From contig CAZIOU010000003.1 in the NCBI GenBank assembly GCA_964540995.1, positions 576 to 64,575 on the forward strand: 64,000 nucleotides of DNA, given 5' to 3'. This DNA is from an uncultured Gammaproteobacteria bacterium. GTDB taxonomy: Bacteria; Patescibacteriota; Patescibacteriia; UBA1558; 2-01-FULL-52-15. Both the position numbers and the translations under genes were made by a program. The notes under the pieces are model-generated. The model was not told where the DNA came from, made no database searches, and saw only the letters and a list, made by a program, of their open reading frames with translations. Within the stretch, counting starts at the first letter, position 1; every line of letters starts with the position of its first letter. This document shows, in pieces, positions 57,819 through 64,000 of this stretch.

Positions 57819-58172
57819 TTATTGCAGATATTCAATTTGAGCTACAGTCGCGCCGTCACCTTTGCGTACTCCCAATTTGACGACACGGGTGTAGCCGCTG
57901 GTGCGGTCAGCGAAACGAGGCACATAGACTTCGATTAGTTTCTTGACAGCCTTCTTATCGAGCATGAGAGCGTTCAATTCACGTTTGGAAACTAAGGTCT
58001 TCTTCTTAGCGATAGTGATAAGTTTATCGGCCAATGGCTTGATAGCCTTAGCTTTGGCTTCGGTGGTTTTGACCTTTTCAAATAAGACTAAGCTGGTAGC
58101 CAAGCTTAAGAGAAGCGCTTTGCGAGGGGCGGCTTTGCGGTCGAGAATAACTTGTTTCTTGCGATGCTTCAT
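57819..58172 (-). CDS. rplQ: 50S ribosomal protein L17
   Basis: MKHR, TTEAKAK, GYTR, RKGDGA. Confidence 0.96.
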   Translation of the reverse strand: MKHRKKQVILDRKAAPRKALLLSLATSLVLFEKVKTTEAKAKAIKPLADKLITIAKKKTLVSKRELNALMLDKKAVKKLIEVYVPRFADRTSGYTRVVKLGVRKGDGATVAQIEYLQ

Positions 58173-58248
58173 AATAGTTGGTAGCTTGGTAGGTTATTAG
58201 CTTAGTAGGAATGTAGGCTGGTAGATAAGTAGATTGGTAGTTGTGTAG

Positions 58249-59016
58249 CTAGGCAGTAGCTTCGGCTGATTCAGCCTCTTCTTCAGCGGCTTCAGCTTTC
58301 TTGGACTTTTTCTTAGGCTTAACTTCAACGGCTGATTGTTCTTTGATGAAGTTGAAGTGCTCGATCAAGATATCAGATGACATAGTGATAGCTTCTTCAC
58401 CGGTCATTGATCCATCGGTGGTGATAGCCATGACCAAACGTTCATAGTCAGTCTGTTGACCGACACGGACGTGTTCGATCTCGAAGCCGACATTGATAAC
58501 TGGTGAGAAAATAGCATCGATATCGATGGCTCCGATCTCGCCTTTGTGCTTGCTCTGGGTATCGACCGCTAGATAACCACGACCGCGGCTGATAGTCAAT
58601 TCCATCTCGAAGACGGCTTTCTTATCAGTCAGGGTGGCGATCACCATATCGGGGTTGGTGACTTCAGCTTGAGCGTTGGGTTTGATGTCAGCACCGGTGA
58701 CTACTTTGTCGCCTTTGGCGGACAGGGTCAAGACAACCGGCTCATCGCCATGAAGCTTAACGTTTAATTTCTTCAAATTCAAAATGATATCTACCACGTC
58801 TTCTTTGACATGGTCGATAGTCTGAAATTCATGCTGGACACCAGAGATCTTGATACTGGTGACAGCAGCGCCGGGTAGCGACGATAAGAGGACGCGTCGC
58901 AGTGAATTGCCGAGGGTGACACCGTAGCCAGGGAAACAAGGCTCAATGACTACTTCGTAGACATTGGCTTTCTTTTCCTTATAGGATACGGATTTTGGTA
59001 ATTCGATTAATCCCAT
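58249..59016 (-). CDS. rpoA: RNA polymerase alpha subunit, lacking CTD
   Basis: GYGVTLGNSLRRVLLSSLPG, HEF, VKEDV, GRGY, DAIFSPV. Confidence 0.96.
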   Translation of the reverse strand: MGLIELPKSVSYKEKKANVYEVVIEPCFPGYGVTLGNSLRRVLLSSLPGAAVTSIKISGVQHEFQTIDHVKEDVVDIILNLKKLNVKLHGDEPVVLTLSAKGDKVVTGADIKPNAQAEVTNPDMVIATLTDKKAVFEMELTISRGRGYLAVDTQSKHKGEIGAIDIDAIFSPVINVGFEIEHVRVGQQTDYERLVMAITTDGSMTGEEAITMSSDILIEHFNFIKEQSAVEVKPKKKSKKAEAAEEEAESAEATA

Positions 59017-59039
59017 GAGCGTTTATAAAAAGTTGATTA

Positions 59040-59654
59040 TTATCGTGAGTAGAACTCAACGATTGGTTTAGTATCAATGTTGGCTGGCAACTCTTCTTTC
59101 AACGGTTCGGAGGTGACGGTAATCGTCATCTTGTCCCAGTCGACGGTGAGCCAGCTAACGGTGGGCTTAGCTTTCTTCTGTTCTTCGATCAGATTCTTCC
59201 AGTAGGCAGTCTTCAATTTGGAAGTGCGGACCGTAATAGTCTGACTGATCTTGACGGAATAGGAAGGAATATCGGTTTTGATCTTATTGACGGCGACATG
59301 ACCATGAGTCACCAACTGACGAGCCAGACGACGAGTCTTGGCAAAGCCAGCGCGGTACACCACATTGTCTAAGCGCTTTTCGAGCAACTTCATCAAGTTC
59401 TCACCAGCATCACCAGTCATACCCTTGGATTTCTCGAATAGATTGGAGAATTGACGTTCAAATAAGCCGTAAATCAATTTGGCCTTCTGTTTCTCGCGCA
59501 GCTGCTTACCGTAGTCAGTGGCTTTGCGGAATCCCATCTTGGTCGGACCGTGTTGTCCTGGTGGGTAATTTCTCTTATTCCATTTCGGAGTATCGAAAAT
59601 ATCCGTTCCTTCACGGCGAGAGATTTTGACTTTGGGACCTGTGTATCTACCCAT
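59040..59654 (-). CDS. rpsD: 30S ribosomal protein S4
   Basis: MGRYTGP, PGQHG, QLREKQK, RLDNVVYR, VEFYSR. Confidence 0.97.
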   Translation of the reverse strand: MGRYTGPKVKISRREGTDIFDTPKWNKRNYPPGQHGPTKMGFRKATDYGKQLREKQKAKLIYGLFERQFSNLFEKSKGMTGDAGENLMKLLEKRLDNVVYRAGFAKTRRLARQLVTHGHVAVNKIKTDIPSYSVKISQTITVRTSKLKTAYWKNLIEEQKKAKPTVSWLTVDWDKMTITVTSEPLKEELPANIDTKPIVEFYSR

Positions 59655-59754
59655 AGGATTGTTAATTGATTAATTGATTCATCGACTAATTGGCTACTCC
59701 TCTATCTTCTCGCTGAATCAATTGCTCTATTATTCTATTAATCTATTAATTAAA

Positions 59755-60150
59755 TTATACTCTTCGGACTTTCTTGGGTCGGCAACCGTTGTGTGGGATA
59801 GGAGTTTGATCTTTGATAGACAAGACATCGAGGCCATGAGCGTGTAAGGCACGGACAGCCGCTTCGCGACCAGAGCCAACACCTTTGACGAAGACATCGA
59901 CTTCTTTCAAGCCATAATCTTTGACTTGATCAATAACTTTCTTGACGATCAATCCGGCAGCATACGGAGTAGGCTTCTTGGGACCTTTGAAACCAGTATT
60001 ACCGGCACTGGACCAAGCGATAACATTTCCCGCCTGATCGGTCAGGGTGACTAAGGTGTTATTGTACGTAGCTTGAACATAAGCTCGGCCACGAGTGACT
60101 GTGCGCTTCTTCTTGTTCTTCTTAGTTGTTGTCGTTGGTTTGTCTACCAT
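59755..60150 (-). CDS. rpsK: 30S ribosomal protein S11
   Basis: TYNNT, GFKG, TPYAA, PHNGCRP. Confidence 0.97.
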   Translation of the reverse strand: MVDKPTTTTKKNKKKRTVTRGRAYVQATYNNTLVTLTDQAGNVIAWSSAGNTGFKGPKKPTPYAAGLIVKKVIDQVKDYGLKEVDVFVKGVGSGREAAVRALHAHGLDVLSIKDQTPIPHNGCRPKKVRRV

Positions 60151-60246
60151 GTGTTTAGTTTGTAGGTTGTAAGATAGGAATGTAGGCTGGTAGGTTGCAG
60201 AGCTAATTCTGGCTACATCCTACTACCTAATAACCTACGATCTTAA

Positions 60247-60636
60247 TTATGTTTTCTGCGCCGCTGGCTTCTTACCGCTGGTAGCGGTGTGTCGGACGTT
60301 ACCGCGGATTGTACGGGAATTGGTCTTGGTGCGTTGACCGCGGACAGGTAGGCCTTTGGCATGACGAGAGCCACGGTGGGAGCCAATTTCTTTCAAACGT
60401 TTGATATTGGTCAAGATTTCACGACGAAGATCACCTTCAACTTTGTAGGTGTCCTCAATAATACGGCGTAATTTGTTGACTTGGTCTTCGGTCAGATCTT
60501 TGACGCGAATGTTACCGTCAATATTGGTCTGAGCCAAAATCTTGACAGCGAGGGTCGGGCCAATGCCATACAGATATGGTAAAGCTGCTTCGACTCTTTT
60601 ATTATTGGGTAAATTGACGGATGCGATTCTAGCCAT
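60247..60636 (-). CDS. rpsM: 30S ribosomal protein S13
   Basis: [23 protein letters not shown]. Confidence 0.97.
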   Translation of the reverse strand: MARIASVNLPNNKRVEAALPYLYGIGPTLAVKILAQTNIDGNIRVKDLTEDQVNKLRRIIEDTYKVEGDLRREILTNIKRLKEIGSHRGSRHAKGLPVRGQRTKTNSRTIRGNVRHTATSGKKPAAQKT

Positions 60637-60723
60637 TTGTATAATAGATTAATGGAGTAATAGATTAATTGTCCCTACTTCAGTGCTGTGCAATTAATCA
60701 ATTATTCGATGATTCAATGATAT

Positions 60724-60837
60724 TTATCCCTGTCGTTGTTTATGCTTAGGATTTTCACAGAGACAGACTACGCGTCCTTTGCGGCGGACGAGCTTACATT
60801 TCTTACACATGACTTTGACTGATGGACGTACTTTCAT
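60724..60837 (-). CDS. rpmJ: 50S ribosomal protein L36 (not in ORF track)
   Basis: Translated by hand: [37 protein letters not shown]. Confidence 0.96.
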   Translation of the reverse strand: MKVRPSVKVMCKKCKLVRRKGRVVCLCENPKHKQRQG

Positions 60838-60913
60838 AGGATGTAGGTTGGTAGATTGGTAGGCGGTAGGTTGGTAGATGAAATAGTCTGGCTACTTCCT
60901 ACCTCCTGACGGA

Positions 60914-61147
60914 CTACTTTCTATAAGTAATTCTGCCTTTGGTTAAATCATAGGGGCTGATCTCCATGACTACCCGATCGCCAGGGATAATACTGATACG
61001 GTGCAAGCGCATCTTACCGGACAAATGAGCCAGAATCATCTGACCGTTGTCGAGTAGGACCTTGAAGGTGGCGTTCGGTAGTTGTTCATCTACCACGCCT
61101 TCCATCTGGATAAAGCCCTTGCTGTCTACAATTCCTGATTCTGACAT
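60914..61147 (-). CDS. infA: Translation initiation factor IF-1
   Basis: [30 protein letters not shown]. Confidence 0.96.
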   Translation of the reverse strand: MSESGIVDSKGFIQMEGVVDEQLPNATFKVLLDNGQMILAHLSGKMRLHRISIIPGDRVVMEISPYDLTKGRITYRK

Positions 61148-61267
61148 GTATTGCTGATAACAAAAAAATACTTCTTCATCTGTGGTGCCACGTATTTAAC
61201 TGGTTCTCACACCCATGAAGAACAGCGTATTTTGCGCTAGTTGTTGATAATTTTTCAAAGCAGGATA

Positions 61268-61295
61268 ATTATACAGTTTTGGTGGGAGTTGTCAA
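61268..61295 (-). promoter_or_regulatory. Consensus sigma70 promoter of the infA-alpha operon
   Basis: TTGACA-16 nt-TATAAT. Confidence 0.75.
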
Positions 61296-61385
61296 GAAGA
61301 AGTACGGAGTAAGACGTAAAGCGTACGGGGCGTTGTGTCACTGGAAATGAAAGGGCCTGTTTAGAGCCTAATTTACTACTTGCCC

Positions 61386-61413
61386 TTGACAATATTCCTT
61401 GATTATGTATAAT
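61386..61413 (+). promoter_or_regulatory. Consensus sigma70 promoter
   Basis: TTGACA-16 nt-TATAAT, divergent from the infA promoter. Confidence 0.7.
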
Positions 61414-61418
61414 ACCAA

Positions 61419-61581
61419 TACCTTGAGGCAACGGCCCGCTCTAGGTACGACTAGCCCCTGATGGCTAGCCGGCAAGGCCATTATACTAATAGCGTACATT
61501 TTTGCACCTCCTCTCCCCGTGACGCTACCCTCGAGGTAGCCGGCGGCGACTATTCACTTCTGATAGTCGCCGTTTTATTTT
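61419..61581 (+). ncRNA. Candidate small RNA
   Basis: Lies between a consensus promoter and a terminator; no ORF in the track; two related hairpins. Confidence 0.4.
61542..61581 (+). terminator. Intrinsic terminator, near-identical copy at 63138-63177
   Basis: GGCGACTA(T/G)TCACTTCTGATAGTCGCC-GTTTTATTTT. Confidence 0.75.
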
Positions 61582-61674
61582 AACTTGACGCTCCCCTTCC
61601 ATTATTGTACGATAGCGAATCCTTTGAATATCCCGAGGCGTACACACTCTTCCCCTTCGAAAGGAAGGTTTCTC

Positions 61675-61977
61675 ATGGATTTCATCACCAAGGCACTGTT
61701 GGATAACAAAGGTGTTTTACCCCTAGTTGCTTCCGAGACTCTTCCTCAAACGGAGATCGTCACCGCGGTGGCCTTTCTCCGGGCTGGAGGGTCGGCAGCT
61801 CAGCTGTCCATCCGTTTCCACGATCTGGGTAAAGATGATGAGGCTCGGATGAGTCAACTCAGGATTCGAGTCACGAAGATTCTGGCGTCACTTAGTGATA
61901 CGGGCGAAGTTCTTGGTGCAAGACAAAAACGCGAGGCGGAATACGTCACGTATACACTGACCCGCGAGGTACACTGA
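61675..61977 (+). CDS. Hypothetical protein
   Basis: AGGAAGG SD-like sequence; promoter TTGACG-17-TACGAT at 61585. Confidence 0.55.
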   Translation: MDFITKALLDNKGVLPLVASETLPQTEIVTAVAFLRAGGSAAQLSIRFHDLGKDDEARMSQLRIRVTKILASLSDTGEVLGARQKREAEYVTYTLTREVH

Positions 61978-62156
61978 TACAAAAGTACCTTTAACCTTCA
62001 CCAATGCGGCCAACGGCGGCTAGCCACCATACTAGCCGCTTTTTTAATTTAGCTATTGACATTTGCCTCACCTTGTGGCAAATTAATCAATCGACAAATC
62101 GTCGTTTGTACACTTACAATTGATCCAATCCCAAACCTACCAACGGAGGTAAACCC

Positions 62157-62642
62157 GTGACTACCAGGCGTATTGTTGGCTTCGTTTCGCTCGGAATTTT
62201 TGTTATCAGTCTGTGGATCTTTCTGGCCAATACCCTTCATTATGTAGAGAAACATGAGCTGGGATACACCTTCGATCGTTTCAATGGCGAAGTTCAGATC
62301 GTCCCCCACACAGGGTGGGTGGTCAGGAATCCGTTTCATTACTCCGTTTATACCATCGATCTCCGTCCGTATCAGGTATCTATTACCGCTGCTACTGCTA
62401 CGACAGGAATCAGCGATCGCATTCTTAACGCCAAGTTGGTGAGGTTCAATCCTGCGGGATTGCAAACCTTCATTTCCTGGCATGGATGCGGAGCTGGTGG
62501 GAGCGTCGGTAACTTGAAAGAGATTCTCAAGTGTTACGCTTTTGACAAGCAGAATGGGGCGGATTGTCCTTTCGTGACGGTAGTGAGCGAACTCTCTCCC
62601 GATCAAGCGCCTATCGTGCCTCAACCGCAGGAGAATAAGTAG
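62157..62642 (+). CDS. Membrane-anchored hypothetical protein, SPFH-N-like (paralog 1)
   Basis: GGAGG SD; TM followed by IDLRP..VS and AKLV.F.P motifs. Confidence 0.65.
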   Translation: MTTRRIVGFVSLGIFVISLWIFLANTLHYVEKHELGYTFDRFNGEVQIVPHTGWVVRNPFHYSVYTIDLRPYQVSITAATATTGISDRILNAKLVRFNPAGLQTFISWHGCGAGGSVGNLKEILKCYAFDKQNGADCPFVTVVSELSPDQAPIVPQPQENK

Positions 62643-62650
62643 GAGCCAAC

Positions 62651-63133
62651 ATGCAACGTGAGGAATTTCTCGACCGTCTGCATCAGCTTCGGCGGGCACG
62701 ATGGTTGAAATATACCATGATTGTGTTGCTGGTACTGCTACTGCTTCGAGTCAACCTGTTGACCTACAGCGGTCCGACCGAGATCGGTATTGCTCGCAAT
62801 GTTCTGACAGGACAGACCTGGCCGATGCCTAAAGGGTTGCGTTTCAAACCGCCGTGGGTATTGGTGCCACACATCGATACACGTCCTATGCGAGTCTCAG
62901 TTGATTCGGCTGGTCATGGATGGAGCGCCAAGCTGGTGCAGTTCGTACCATCAGAATGGGAGTCATTCGTGAAAACGGAAGGCTTCTACTTCTGGTGGTG
63001 GGCCAATCGGATTTCCTTCAACAGCGGCTACCGCGATGAACACCGCGGGATCAAGGATATTTTCCGAGGCTATGCCTACGGGGTCAAGCAATATCCGTTC
63101 CTAGTGGTGCTGAAGGATGTGGATCAAGAATAG
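62651..63133 (+). CDS. Membrane-anchored hypothetical protein, SPFH-N-like (paralog 2)
   Basis: AGGAG SD; IDTRP..VS, AKLV.F.P, YA....PF..V motifs. Confidence 0.65.
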   Translation: MQREEFLDRLHQLRRARWLKYTMIVLLVLLLLRVNLLTYSGPTEIGIARNVLTGQTWPMPKGLRFKPPWVLVPHIDTRPMRVSVDSAGHGWSAKLVQFVPSEWESFVKTEGFYFWWWANRISFNSGYRDEHRGIKDIFRGYAYGVKQYPFLVVLKDVDQE

Positions 63134-63322
63134 CAATGGCGGCGACTAGTCACTTCTGATAGTCGCCGTTTTATTTTGTGGAGGTTGACAAAACTTCTAC
63201 CGCAGGAGCTATAGTAGGAGTATAGGGCAATGTTCTTTAATAGACTAAAAGTCAGGTGAGCGTCACGATCACCGAGTAAGACTCGTACAATCGGGCTAAA
63301 TGGGCATAAAAGGAGCTTTATA

Positions 63323-63505
63323 ATGTCGGAAGAAAAGGAAGCAGAAAAGAAGGAGGAGGCTGGTCTGCCGGTTGAGGGCGAACAGCAACTCTACCTGTGT
63401 TATGACTGTAAAAAGATGAAAGCCAAGGGAACACACTTTGACAACAACACACGATTCGAGTGTGATGACTGTAGATGGTGGCGAATAGTTGTTATCGAAG
63501 ATTAA
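63323..63505 (+). CDS. Small putative zinc-ribbon protein
   Basis: AAGGAG SD; CYDC...CDDC. Confidence 0.5.
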   Translation: MSEEKEAEKKEEAGLPVEGEQQLYLCYDCKKMKAKGTHFDNNTRFECDDCRWWRIVVIED

Positions 63506-63544
63506 ACAGGTGTAGACGGTAAACCAGAAAGGTGGAATTCTGTC

Positions 63545-63898
63545 ATGAGTAGCCACGATGACAAGGAGTTTGGTTGGTCTGATGTCGCTGCGATCGTCGT
63601 AGGGGCAGTTATTTTCTCTCCAATCATTATACCGGCTCTTGCAGCTGAACGGAGTCGACAGACTGCAAAGGAAGCTCAGAACAGACGGTTGGAGCGTGAA
63701 AGATCGAGAGCAGCTCTTGATGCCGCACGTAGCGCCTCCAGTTTCGACTCTGATTCAGATGAAGAAGATGCAGCTGAGGATGATGAAAGTGAATCCGTCA
63801 GGTGTCGCTGTGGATCAACCACTGACCTCCTGGAGCGCGATGGATACTATGAATGTCTCTCGTGTGACAATGACAACAACGCGGGTTGCGATGATTGA
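63545..63898 (+). CDS. Hypothetical protein (TM, acidic linker, C-terminal Cys motif)
   Basis: CRCG...CLSC; terminator hairpin downstream at about 63911. Confidence 0.5.
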   Translation: MSSHDDKEFGWSDVAAIVVGAVIFSPIIIPALAAERSRQTAKEAQNRRLERERSRAALDAARSASSFDSDSDEEDAAEDDESESVRCRCGSTTDLLERDGYYECLSCDNDNNAGCDD

Positions 63899-64000
63899 GA
63901 ACATCGCCTTACGGCCGCTGGCTTATGAGCTAGCGGCCGTTTTATTAATCCAAATGAAAAGCCGCCTCCCGTGATAAGACGAGAAGCTAAGCTTTTCATC

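Overview
A chromosomal segment in genetic code 11, most consistent with a Patescibacteria/CPR (Parcubacteria-like) genome. This is inferred from the CPR-type VirD4/TraM-like ATPase, PilB paralog, class I LysRS, truncated RpoA and mostly SD-less core genes. Core content: dnaX, pyrD, tRNA-Gln(CTG), fmt-def-priA, gltX, a two-component pair, HU, a Xer-family recombinase, ftsQ-alr-serS-cyclophilin-lysS, a surface-glycan cluster (GT2/GT4, ligase/polymerase, flippase) and the infA-rpmJ-rpsM-rpsK-rpsD-rpoA-rplQ-rplM-rpsI operon. Most of the unusual signal is non-coding. (1) A ~500-nt, densely structured, promoter- and terminator-bounded minus-strand RNA (34473-34976) that I cannot assign to a known class lies downstream of xer and a nuclease-like gene. 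(2) A four-helix-bundle (IVP-like) gene is enclosed by inverted heptamer arrays. Similar 'empty' elements fill many gene junctions and sit in-frame inside two proteins. (3) Two small GIY-YIG genes are present, one fused into duplicated tRNA-Gln 5' halves and one bracketed by REP-like repeats. (4) Tiny palindromic inserts without target duplication occur in tRNA copies and repeats. (5) Several orphan promoter-gene-terminator cassettes are present, two sharing a covarying leader RNA. All calls are by eye; no searches or folding programs were run.
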